64,000 nucleotides of DNA from Candidatus Thorarchaeota archaeon (GCA_004524445.1 SDNP01000007.1:1-64000); one strand, 5' to 3'; positions 9,951 to 19,018 are shown, numbered from the stretch's first letter. Numbers and translations: made by a program. Notes: generated by a model not told the origin, from the sequence alone.

Positions 9951-10176
9951 AGCCGTCCGAGGAGTACGCTAACGACTGACGAGCTGAGCATGTTCGTGTT
10001 GGGCACGACCATTAACCCGATCGCAAGGTGGTCGAGCATAAATACAGCACGGATAGCTGATCGGCACATAGCGTGACTAAGTAGTACCCAATAATTCGGT
10101 AGCTGGGTATTGCGTCGAAGTCATGCATACGATGAGATAAGGCCGATAATCAGTCGAGGCTTAGACTCGGACGGCT
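9951..10176 (+). ncRNA. Unannotated structured RNA closed by a bulge-helix-bulge motif (predicted precursor of a 197-nt circular RNA)
   Basis: 11-bp terminal stem 9951-9961/10166-10176; 4-bp helix 9962-9965/10159-10162 flanked by 3-nt bulges ACG (9966-68) and AGA (10163-65); further helices 9973-79/10150-56, 10060-65/10142-47, 10071-78/10119-26, 10081-90/10104-13, 10006-10/10030-34; G-U pairs work only on the + strand. Confidence 0.75.
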
Positions 10177-10252
10177 TCCTTATTGTATGGCACATTCATG
10201 GAACTTTTTCATGATCATCTCAGCAATAGGAAACACGGTTCTTTCTCTTGTT

Positions 10253-11059
10253 TTACTCTCGTAGGGGAAGATTAAGATATCCTCTGATGTTGTAGATATG
10301 TTCTCTCTCATGCTCAAGGAACCTACGAATGATTTTGTAAGTAGACCATTTCTCATTGGGGTATCTTGTATAGTCGGGCCTTGTCAATATCATCCCATTC
10401 TTTGATGGGATTAAAAAACGAAGGGTCTCAGTACTTGCCCCTCTAACTATCTCCATTCTCTCAAGTATTGGCAGTGAATCAGCTTGGGATTCTGGCATAC
10501 CAAGATACTCCTCATAGATTCTGTCAGTTTCTTCACCTAGTCTAGAAATGTAGAATTCTTCTGCATTACAAATATGCGCAAGAATGCCTTGGATATTTCT
10601 GCTCTTGGCTGGAGGTGTCTTCTTCATGACTTCTGAAGGTAGATCTCTCACCAATTCCAAAAGATCCACTCTATTATATCTCATACATCGAATGCATCTC
10701 TCGAGCAGGTCATTGCTTACTCTCTGGCGATCGAAATCATAGAATGCAACCTCTCCTCCCGACTCCCCTAGTTCTGCCACGTTGGACTCAACATCTGTAA
10801 CAGCCAATTCAATTTCGTTAATGGTAGGAGTGGACTCCCCGTGGCCTTCTAACCATTTGACATGATAGGACACTTCTTTCTCAAGGCGAGAAATAACTTC
10901 TTCCTGGGACCTGCCTCGAGCATGTGTGCCAATCAATTCTACTATTCGGCCATACCAGAGGTTATCTCCGCCATGTTCCAAGGCAATTCTCTGAGGCATC
11001 GGATAAGCCACCCTGAGGTGAGATTTGAACTTAATCCATATATCCTTGCTCTTCGACAC
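10253..11059 (-). CDS. HicB-like N-terminal domain fused to DinB/YfiT-like metal-binding domain
   Basis: ELIGTHARGRSQEEVI (HicB-like) plus ILAHICNAEEFY and RRFLEHEREH (DinB His triad). Confidence 0.7.
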   Translation of the reverse strand: MSKSKDIWIKFKSHLRVAYPMPQRIALEHGGDNLWYGRIVELIGTHARGRSQEEVISRLEKEVSYHVKWLEGHGESTPTINEIELAVTDVESNVAELGESGGEVAFYDFDRQRVSNDLLERCIRCMRYNRVDLLELVRDLPSEVMKKTPPAKSRNIQGILAHICNAEEFYISRLGEETDRIYEEYLGMPESQADSLPILERMEIVRGASTETLRFLIPSKNGMILTRPDYTRYPNEKWSTYKIIRRFLEHEREHIYNIRGYLNLPLRE

Positions 11060-11215
11060 TATGAATTCCTCTTTTCCAAGTCACAATCGTCTTCGTTGTA
11101 TCTACTTTACCACCAATACAGTAGTTAGAGGTCGTAGCTGATTCAAAGCTATTCGGAGTAAGTGAGTTCCCCTATTGAGGGATTAATAAAGGCGAATAAA
11201 TTATAGTTAATCACT

Positions 11216-12022
11216 ATGAACGATGTAATCATTCCCCGAATAGGATTAGGCACTTGGCAGAACACCAATCCCGAGCAGTGTGCTACAAGCGTAAAGGCAG
11301 CCCTAGAATTGGGCTACCGTCATATTGACACTGCTCAGATGTACAAGAATGAAGAGTACGTCGGAAATGGAATCAAGCAGTCGGATGTTCCAAGAGAAGA
11401 CATTTTTCTAGCCACAAAGGTATGGATTGATCGACTTGATTATGAAGGAATCAAGCAGAGTACAGAGAAAAGCCTCAAGCGGCTGCAGACTGACTACATT
11501 GATTTATTGTATGTTCACTGGCCTGCAGGGAAATACGATACAAAAGAAACCATGAAGGGTTTTAATCAGCTGGCGGACGAGGGGAAAATAAGACACATTG
11601 GGGTCAGCAACTTCACCCCCGAGCTATTGGAGGAAGCACTAGAGGCCTCTGAAGAACCGCTCATTGCCAATCAGGTGGAAACCCATCCCCTCAATCAACA
11701 GACAGAGCTACACAAATTCCTGCTTGAACATGACATGACGCTAGTAGCATATTCTCCACTAGCCAGAGGGAAAGTACTAGAAATCCCCGAATTAACTGAG
11801 ATAGCGGAGAAATACAGCGCAAGCGAAACCCAAGTCGCACTCGCATGGCTATGGAGCCACAAGGATGTAGCGGCTATTCCAAAGGCCACCAGTAAGACCC
11901 ATATAAAAGAAAATCTTGAAGCAGTATCTCTGAAATTAGATTCTGAAGATATAGAGAAAATCAACTCACTAGATAGAAATAAACGGCTTGTTGATCCTGC
12001 CTTTTCACCAGACTGGGATTAG
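11216..12022 (+). CDS. Aldo/keto reductase
   Basis: GLGTW, GYRHIDTAQMY, ATKVW, DLLYVHWP, IGVSNF, AYSPLARG, IPKA. Confidence 0.95.
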   Translation: MNDVIIPRIGLGTWQNTNPEQCATSVKAALELGYRHIDTAQMYKNEEYVGNGIKQSDVPREDIFLATKVWIDRLDYEGIKQSTEKSLKRLQTDYIDLLYVHWPAGKYDTKETMKGFNQLADEGKIRHIGVSNFTPELLEEALEASEEPLIANQVETHPLNQQTELHKFLLEHDMTLVAYSPLARGKVLEIPELTEIAEKYSASETQVALAWLWSHKDVAAIPKATSKTHIKENLEAVSLKLDSEDIEKINSLDRNKRLVDPAFSPDWD

Positions 12023-12125
12023 TTTGCAGACAATGGTTTCTTCTCTATATGGGCAGAAAGCGGGTTACTGATTGGAAACTATATACTTTATTATAGTTAA
12101 CATCATAACAATCATAGGTGCTATA

Positions 12126-13316
12126 ATGAAAGCCGTTGAAGTTATTGACGATGTCTATTGGGTTGGAGCAATTGACCATAATGTACGGAATTTCCATGGA
12201 TTTAGCTACACGACAAAGCATGGAACAACCTACAACGCTTACCTAGTAATCGGTGAGAAGATTGCACTTGTTGATGCTGTCTTCGGACCCTTTGCAGAGG
12301 AGATGTTTGACAGGATTTCTCAAGTAATAGATATATCAGAAATAGACTACATGATTGCAAATCACGCAGAAATGGATCATTCAGGAGCGGTTCCCGATGT
12401 CCTAGAAAAGGTACCGAATGCTAAGCTTGTATGTAGCAAACGTGCGGTAGACGCTCTAAAGAAACACTATCCCGATGGGTGGGATATCAAAGTCGTTGGA
12501 ACTGGTGATGAGATTGATTTGGGTGGAAAGACCCTAAGATTCTACGAGGCTCCCATGTTACACTGGCCTGAGAGCATGTTCACATATTATGTCGAAGAAG
12601 AGGTTCTAATGCCCAATGATGCATTTGGTCAGCACTATGCAACTGGAAAACGGTTTGCTGATGAAGTAGATGAATATGTTTTGTGGAAAGAAGCCGAGAA
12701 ATACTATGCCAATATTCTCTGGCCGTTGAGTAGACAAGTTGAGAGAAAAATAGAGGAAGTGCTCGAGCTCGGCTTACCAATCAAGATAATCGCACCTTCA
12801 CATGGACTCATTTGGCGAAAAGACCCCTTGAAGATAGTCAAGAAGTACCTCGCATGGGCGAAGGGCGAAGATTTAGAGGATAACGTGATTATTGCATGGG
12901 ACACGATGTGGCAAAGCACAACAAAGATGGCTCGTGCCATAGCCGAGGGAATAGAATCTGAGGGGTTGATACCCATTCTTCATCTTATCCCCACAAGTGA
13001 CAGAAGTGATATCATGGCAGAGCTACTCAAGGCTAAGGGTCTCCTTGTTGGCAGTTCAACACTTCATAATGAGGCTCTTCCCACGATTGCTGCAGTCCTG
13101 TCAGACCTTGAGGTTCTTAAGCCAAAAGGAAAGAAAGGGGCCGCCTTTGGTTCATATGGATGGGGCGGCGGAGCAGTGGAGAAGATTCAGCAAGCTATGG
13201 AAAATGGGGGCATGGATGTAGTAATGGAGCCATTCACTGCAAAATGGGTTCCCTCATCTGAGGAATTACAGGCGGCTTATGACTTTGGCGAGGAGTTTGC
13301 TAAGAGAGTCAAATAG
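12126..13316 (+). CDS. fprA: Flavodiiron protein (FprA family)
   Basis: GTTYNAY, NHAEMDHSG, LHWPE, DAFGQH, PSHG plus flavodoxin domain with FGSYGW. Confidence 0.92.
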   Translation: MKAVEVIDDVYWVGAIDHNVRNFHGFSYTTKHGTTYNAYLVIGEKIALVDAVFGPFAEEMFDRISQVIDISEIDYMIANHAEMDHSGAVPDVLEKVPNAKLVCSKRAVDALKKHYPDGWDIKVVGTGDEIDLGGKTLRFYEAPMLHWPESMFTYYVEEEVLMPNDAFGQHYATGKRFADEVDEYVLWKEAEKYYANILWPLSRQVERKIEEVLELGLPIKIIAPSHGLIWRKDPLKIVKKYLAWAKGEDLEDNVIIAWDTMWQSTTKMARAIAEGIESEGLIPILHLIPTSDRSDIMAELLKAKGLLVGSSTLHNEALPTIAAVLSDLEVLKPKGKKGAAFGSYGWGGGAVEKIQQAMENGGMDVVMEPFTAKWVPSSEELQAAYDFGEEFAKRVK

Positions 13317-13324
13317 ACTCTATA

Positions 13325-14260
13325 TCATGCCTTGTATACAACCCACAGCAGTAAAAGAATGCTCGTGAAGATTCCAATGGCATATGAGGAATCGAGAAAC
13401 AGAATGATGCTGGATGTATCTAAGAAGAAGAAGACATAGGTACTGATTGCAGCAACTGCGCAAACCATAGTTACCAATATTACACGTTCAGAGCGCGTAA
13501 GGGGTTGGTGATGTAGTGAGAACGTTCGAAGCCATAATGCGAAGCCGATCCCTGCAAGGGGTGGAATCATCAAGAGGACTACACATATTGGAAACAGAAG
13601 GAGTCCGCTGAGTTTCACCCTAATTTCCTCAATATCCGTTTGATAGTTGTCAAATTCATCGGCATAAACCTCGCCGAAGTCCCCATGCACTCTCAATTGA
13701 TACCCTTTCCAAATAGAATGCCGAACATCGCCTAGTCGATCCCGAACACCGTCAATAATCCCTAGATCAACAAACCTTGGCTCGTATTTGCCTATGAATG
13801 CCGGACCCAAGTAAATGAAGTATACCAGCGACCAGATACCAAACAGAGAAACAACAATCTCAATCAAACTAAGAGAACTTGAGAAAAATATGGCTGTCAC
13901 AAGCTTGTAGAATCCGTAGATTGCTATAGCCAAAATAGGCAAAACCAGCAAAGCCTTTACTCTATTTGCTGTAGTTTCATCCTTCCTCATAGCATTGGAG
14001 AAGAATCGGAATACAAAGGAAGCCACTGACGAATAGGTCAACATAATTCCAAGCCCGCCCATGAACTTCATAATCACTCCAGAAACTATAGCTAATAGCA
14101 AAACAAAATTGGCATTAATCAAGAGGCCGATTTGGAAATCATACATGTATAATATTCCAACCAAAGCAACAGTCCCCAGAGTAAAAGATATTCCATATAA
14201 TTTGCGTAGATTGTATGCCATGCTTTCCAACAAACGGCTCATCTTGAATTCTCCATTCAA
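13325..14260 (-). CDS. Hypothetical polytopic membrane protein
   Basis: About 7 hydrophobic segments; no motif; start may be 14242. Confidence 0.7.
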   Translation of the reverse strand: MNGEFKMSRLLESMAYNLRKLYGISFTLGTVALVGILYMYDFQIGLLINANFVLLLAIVSGVIMKFMGGLGIMLTYSSVASFVFRFFSNAMRKDETTANRVKALLVLPILAIAIYGFYKLVTAIFFSSSLSLIEIVVSLFGIWSLVYFIYLGPAFIGKYEPRFVDLGIIDGVRDRLGDVRHSIWKGYQLRVHGDFGEVYADEFDNYQTDIEEIRVKLSGLLLFPICVVLLMIPPLAGIGFALWLRTFSLHHQPLTRSERVILVTMVCAVAAISTYVFFFLDTSSIILFLDSSYAIGIFTSILLLLWVVYKA

Positions 14261-14290
14261 AGTAAGAGAAGGATTTGTTTCGATCCAGAG

Positions 14291-14659
14291 TTATACAAGT
14301 TCCTCTGCATCAGGTTTCCATGGAGGATATACGATACATAGAAACTCCAACCTCTTCTCCCCTGTATTTTCTATATGTTGTGTTGCCATGGGAGGAATAT
14401 AGATTGCATCCCCTTCTCTTACCTCCTCCATCTCCTCATCAATGTGCATGAGCCCTCGTCCCTTTGTGATATAATAGACCTCAGAAGCTGTCTTGAAGCG
14501 ATGTGGCAAAGACCTCTCTCCCGGCTCAAGCATCGCTAATGCCAAGCTGTAGTCGAGTGTCAGTTTTTCATCACCATGATTCGGATTCAGAAACTCGATT
14601 ACCTTCGTTTCATCAAGAGCAATCATCTCATCTTGGTCCGCCCGTCTTCGGATTATCAC
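14291..14659 (-). CDS. Cupin domain protein
   Basis: PH...SEVYYITKGRG and GDAIYIPPMATQHIEN cupin motifs. Confidence 0.9.
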   Translation of the reverse strand: MIIRRRADQDEMIALDETKVIEFLNPNHGDEKLTLDYSLALAMLEPGERSLPHRFKTASEVYYITKGRGLMHIDEEMEEVREGDAIYIPPMATQHIENTGEKRLEFLCIVYPPWKPDAEELV

Positions 14660-14726
14660 GTGACAAGCACCTATTCCTCATCAAGGGAATCTTTCATAAA
14701 GATGTCTAGTGACTTCGAACAAGCGA

Positions 14727-15770
14727 CTACTTCCTTTCATCCGACAAATCTTGCTGTGTGTCCTTGCTCTGCGTTTGTGACTTCCACATCCAATATGCTG
14801 GCAACAAGAGTGCAAATACTGCCAGATTTAAGACAGTGAAACTCGTGATACCATACTGAACGATATTTCCGAATCCACTTGCAGCTGCAAGGAGCCTATT
14901 GACCTGTGATCCAACTCGTGCTAGAATAATAAGCAAGATTACCGTTATTGCTTTCATAGGCTGCAAATCCATTTCTTCATGTACCTTTGCGGTGGTTGTG
15001 GAAAGACCGTATATCAAGAGCACTGATTGTATGATGAGGTCTGCCAACGTCCATTGAGGGTTGTTGAGGTTAATGAGCCGTAATGTGTAATAGATGCCAA
15101 ATGCAAAGACAACTAGGATCATGAAGCTGGTCAGGTCAGGTCCTTTTTCCTTGTCTCGGAGTATGATGGTCAGAGTCGGAAGTATGACCATGCCCAAGGG
15201 AAACATAAGAAGCACGATTTGCTGTTCGAAACTAAGTGCCTCTAGATTGAGATACATGTAGACTCCCCCAAAAACAAGGACATTCACTATCAGAAATAGG
15301 AGGAAAGACGCCAGTCTGAGCGACTTTTTGTTTAGGAAACGGGAAGAAATGCTCTTTGAAAGATTCCAGCCCAAGAGAATAGCGAAGTATGCTGTTATCG
15401 ATGCATCAGCAAAAGCTAAGGCTGCACCAACTACAGGCCCTGCTGCGGCAGACGCCCCTCCTAATGCCATGAAAATGGCTATGAACACAATATTGAGGCC
15501 AATTTGGTTTCGAAGTGAGTGATTACCCTCAAAGAAAAGGGTTCTACCTTGTTCATTTAATGAAAGCACCACCAAAGCCATGACGTAGTACTGGAAGGAA
15601 ACTACTACTGAGATAGCTAGTCCTTGGAAGGGATCTGTTAGGCTCGGAGTCAGCGAACCGAACATCAATAACCATCCTGATATGATTCCAGTGGATATCA
15701 ATGCTAGAATGAAGCTGAAGTTATACCATGAGTTTGTAAGCAAAATCCTGAAACCTTTAATGAATTTCAT
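14727..15770 (-). CDS. Hypothetical polytopic membrane protein
   Basis: About 10 TM segments; no recognisable motif. Confidence 0.7.
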   Translation of the reverse strand: MKFIKGFRILLTNSWYNFSFILALISTGIISGWLLMFGSLTPSLTDPFQGLAISVVVSFQYYVMALVVLSLNEQGRTLFFEGNHSLRNQIGLNIVFIAIFMALGGASAAAGPVVGAALAFADASITAYFAILLGWNLSKSISSRFLNKKSLRLASFLLFLIVNVLVFGGVYMYLNLEALSFEQQIVLLMFPLGMVILPTLTIILRDKEKGPDLTSFMILVVFAFGIYYTLRLINLNNPQWTLADLIIQSVLLIYGLSTTTAKVHEEMDLQPMKAITVILLIILARVGSQVNRLLAAASGFGNIVQYGITSFTVLNLAVFALLLPAYWMWKSQTQSKDTQQDLSDERK

Positions 15771-16047
15771 TATTCACACGACCATTTTTTTTAAAGCGAC
15801 CAAAGGTAACTTTCTGGACGGAACATATGTGAGTAATAATCTTGTTCGGGACGTATTCATTGAATGCAGTCAGACCAATGAATCGCAAACTCTGCCCTGA
15901 GCAGATTGCTGAACAGACCAATCCTAGGCAATTACGATTCTTTGGTCACTAGGCAAGTTTTAAAAACAGACTCCCACTTGGCGGCTGTTGTAGTAGTATG
16001 AATAGCCCAGTCTAAAGGCCGTTCGTTATAATGAAAAGGTGTTGTAA

Positions 16048-17055
16048 ATGGCACACAGAAAGAAGCATGCACCAAAACGTGGCAGTCTAGCATTCTTGCC
16101 ACGTGGCAGGGCTCCCAAATTTGTGCCTCGCATCAAGAACTGGCCTGAGTATGACGACTCGGCTGCAAAACTACTTGGATTCGTCGGTTACAAGGCCGGC
16201 ATGACACATGCAGTAGTGACTGTTGACAATCCCAACAGTCCCTTCCAGGGGCAAGAAACTGTTATTCCAGTAACAGTAATCGACACGCCCCCCGTGCGGC
16301 CTTTCTCAATCCGAGGGTATGAAAGAACTCCATATGGGTTGAAACTAGTAACAGAGGTACTGGCAGAAGATCTATCAGATGATCTTCGCAGAGCCATGCC
16401 CTTGCCCAAGGAACATGACCACGAAGCCAAGTTAGAGGAGCTCGAGGATAGAATCGACTCAATTGCCGAGATTCGAATGCTGATACATACTCAGCCACGA
16501 CTTGCCGGGGTACCAAAGAAGAAACCCGATATCATGGAATACAAAATTGGCGCTCCCACAGTAGAGGAAGCTCTCGAATATTCAAAAGGAATACTTGGAA
16601 CAGATGTCCGAGTTGCAGATATTTTTGAAGAGGGTATGCTTGTAGACTCGATAGCAGTTACAAAGGGTCACGGTTTCAAAGGTACTGTACGCAGGTGGGG
16701 TGTCAGAATTCTTCAACATAAGTCTCGAAAGACTAAGCGTGGAATTGGATGCTTAGGACCATGGTCTCCAACCAATATCCGATACACTGTACCTCAACCA
16801 GGTCAAACTGGTTTTCACTCTCGTACCCACTTTAACAATGCTATCGTGAAGCTGGGCGAACGTGGAGAAGAGATTACACCTGATGGCGGTTTTGTAAACT
16901 TTGGAGTTATTCGTGGTGACTACGTGATGGTAAAGGGATCAGTTCCTGGGCCGGTCAAGAGGCCGGTCAGGCTTCGTTATCCAATACGTCCCACTAAAGG
17001 GCATGAAGTCAAGCCATTAACTGTGAGCTATATCAGTACCACATCAAAACAGTAA
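16048..17055 (+). CDS. rpl3: 50S ribosomal protein L3 (archaeal)
   Basis: PKRGSLAFLPR, GYKAGMTH, TKGHGFKG. Confidence 0.98.
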   Translation: MAHRKKHAPKRGSLAFLPRGRAPKFVPRIKNWPEYDDSAAKLLGFVGYKAGMTHAVVTVDNPNSPFQGQETVIPVTVIDTPPVRPFSIRGYERTPYGLKLVTEVLAEDLSDDLRRAMPLPKEHDHEAKLEELEDRIDSIAEIRMLIHTQPRLAGVPKKKPDIMEYKIGAPTVEEALEYSKGILGTDVRVADIFEEGMLVDSIAVTKGHGFKGTVRRWGVRILQHKSRKTKRGIGCLGPWSPTNIRYTVPQPGQTGFHSRTHFNNAIVKLGERGEEITPDGGFVNFGVIRGDYVMVKGSVPGPVKRPVRLRYPIRPTKGHEVKPLTVSYISTTSKQ

Positions 17056-17071
17056 GTGGAGTTGAGAATCG

Positions 17072-17860
17072 ATGGCAACTGTAAAAACATATTCACTAAA
17101 GGGTAAGGCAGGTTCTAAGCTAGATTTACCGTCTCAGTTTGATACTCCTTATCGTCCAGACGTAATCAAGAGGGCAGTCTTAGCACTACGGTCCCGCAGG
17201 TATCAGCCTCATGGCGTTGATATACGAGCCGGCAAGAGGACAACTGCTGAGAGTTGGGGTGTTGGTCATGGTCGCTCACGAATCCCTCGAGTAAAGGGTG
17301 GAGGAACCCCTGCAGCGAACAAAGCAGGATTCGCTCCGAGCACCGTTGGCGGCCGACAAGCACATCCTCCTGAAGCTAGAAAATCTCTTGTTGAACGAAT
17401 CAACAAAAAGGAAAATCGTTTGGCTATCCGTTCTGCAATTGCGGCAACAGCAAATCCAGACCGTGTTAGTTCTCGAGGTCACGTGATTAATTCACTGCCT
17501 GAGCTTCCGTTGGTGATTGATGATAAGCTTCAATCACTCACTACAACTAAAGAGGTTGAAGATGTCATTGAATCCATAGGCCTTGACAAAGATCTACAGA
17601 GGTCTATTCAAGGACGTACTGTTAGGTCAGGCAAAGGCAAAATGCGTGGTAGAAAAATGAAGACCCCGAAATCATTTCTGATTGTTGTGGGCGAGGATCA
17701 AGGAATCGGTCTAGCAGCACGAAATCTCCCAGGCGTTGATATAACTGAAGTGCACGGGCTTAATGCTGAGCTTTTAGCTCCAGGAACACATCCTGGACGA
17801 CTTGTTCTGTGGACCAAGTCCGCAATAGAGCGGTTAAGAGAGGAGAATCTATTCAACTGA
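17072..17860 (+). CDS. rpl4: 50S ribosomal protein L4 (archaeal)
   Basis: AESWGVGHGRSRIPR, GKGKMRGR, LAPGTHPGRL. Confidence 0.98.
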   Translation: MATVKTYSLKGKAGSKLDLPSQFDTPYRPDVIKRAVLALRSRRYQPHGVDIRAGKRTTAESWGVGHGRSRIPRVKGGGTPAANKAGFAPSTVGGRQAHPPEARKSLVERINKKENRLAIRSAIAATANPDRVSSRGHVINSLPELPLVIDDKLQSLTTTKEVEDVIESIGLDKDLQRSIQGRTVRSGKGKMRGRKMKTPKSFLIVVGEDQGIGLAARNLPGVDITEVHGLNAELLAPGTHPGRLVLWTKSAIERLREENLFN

Positions 17861-17871
17861 GGTGGTTATGA

Positions 17872-18135
17872 ATGAAAGATCCGAACTTGATAATCATTCG
17901 ACCGGTAGTAACAGAAGCCAGTCTTGAGGGCGTAGACCAAGAGAACAAGTTGGCATTTTATGTAGACCGCAAAGCCAACAAGAACCAAATTCGATGGGCA
18001 GTTGAGTCTCTCTATGAGGTCATCGTTGAGAAGGTGAACACACTGATAATGCCTGATGGAACAAAGAAGGCATTTGTGCGGCTTGCACCTGAATACAGTG
18101 CTGCTGAGGTCGCAACCAATCTGGGTATATTCTAG
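17872..18135 (+). CDS. rpl23: 50S ribosomal protein L23
   Basis: PVVTE...KVNTLI...KKAFVRL; operon position. Confidence 0.97.
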   Translation: MKDPNLIIIRPVVTEASLEGVDQENKLAFYVDRKANKNQIRWAVESLYEVIVEKVNTLIMPDGTKKAFVRLAPEYSAAEVATNLGIF

Positions 18136-18146
18136 GAGGCGTTCAA

Positions 18147-18866
18147 ATGGGAAAACGAATTCTTGTTCAAAGAAAAGGTCGCGGAACGCAGCAGTGGAGA
18201 AGTCCGAAGCACAAGAAGATTGCTCCGGCAAGACACCCAAAATGGGCACCTGACAAGACGTATGCTGGAAAAATACTTCGTCTTGTGCATGAGCCTGGTC
18301 GAGGTGCTCCTCTGGCTGAGATTGACTATGAGGGAGTACAGAAACTCCATTACATGGTAGCTCCGGAGGGATCCTATATCGGTCAGGAAATTGAATGTGG
18401 TGAAGATGCCCCACTCGCAAATGGGAACACTCTGATGCTTGAGCACATTCCAGAGGGAACTCCCATCTTCAATATTGAAGGCAGTCCGGGCGATGGAGGT
18501 AAGTTTGTTCGCTCTTCAGGATTGACTGCAACAATTGTGTCAACTGATGAGAACAAATCTATGGTTCGATTGCCAAGCGGGACTCAGAAGGCTTTCAGTC
18601 CACGTTGCAGAGCAACTATTGGCATTGTTGCCGGCGGCGGAAGGCCAGAGAAACCATTCCTGAAGGCGGGTTCTGTCTGGCATCACACTCGTGGAAAGGC
18701 TCGTAAGTGGCCCGTGACTCGTGGCGCTGCAATGAATGCTGCATCACATCCACACGGTGGCGGCTCCCACCAGTCTCCTGGTAGACCAACGACTGTAAGC
18801 AGAAATGCACCACCTGGGAGAAAGGTGGGTAACATTGCAGCCAGAAGAACTGGCAGGAAAAAGTAA
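18147..18866 (+). CDS. rpl2: 50S ribosomal protein L2
   Basis: MGKRILVQRKG, AMNAASHPHGGG, PPGRKVGNIAARRTG. Confidence 0.98.
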   Translation: MGKRILVQRKGRGTQQWRSPKHKKIAPARHPKWAPDKTYAGKILRLVHEPGRGAPLAEIDYEGVQKLHYMVAPEGSYIGQEIECGEDAPLANGNTLMLEHIPEGTPIFNIEGSPGDGGKFVRSSGLTATIVSTDENKSMVRLPSGTQKAFSPRCRATIGIVAGGGRPEKPFLKAGSVWHHTRGKARKWPVTRGAAMNAASHPHGGGSHQSPGRPTTVSRNAPPGRKVGNIAARRTGRKK

Positions 18867-18875
18867 TACAGAAAC

Positions 18876-18913
18876 TTGAGGAGGGTCTTCTCCTCAATCT
18901 TTTCTCTTTCTTT
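18876..18913 (+). terminator. Hairpin plus pyrimidine tract after rpl2
   Basis: TTGAGGAG-ggtctt-CTCCTCAA followed by TCTTTTCTCTTTCTTT. Confidence 0.6.
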
Positions 18914-19018
18914 ATAGTATTGAATTCATACTCTATACTCTTTGCTTGGAGTGAGCATTTCCAAGGTAATACATGGACACATATCCATCCATAACCAGAC
19001 CCTTACAGAGGCCTATCT

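Noticed and set aside
9951-10176. SRP RNA, RNase P RNA, hammerhead ribozyme or MITE as the identity of the structured element
   Set aside because: No SRP helix-8 (CAGG..GNRA..AGCA) arrangement. GAGGAG and GGCUUA resemble RNase P CR-I and CR-V, but P2/P3/P4 cannot be built. CUGACGA lacks a matching GAAA for a hammerhead. There is no target-site duplication or second copy in the window, and strand-specific G-U pairs favour an RNA.
1-15770. Integrated mobile element or genomic island
   Set aside because: No integrase, transposase or att-like tRNA fragment was seen, and spot checks by eye showed no clear GC shift.
15856-15922. ATTCATTG/CAATGAAT inverted repeat and duplicated CAGACCAAT upstream of rpl3
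   Set aside because: Short enough to occur by chance; no independent support for a regulatory role.
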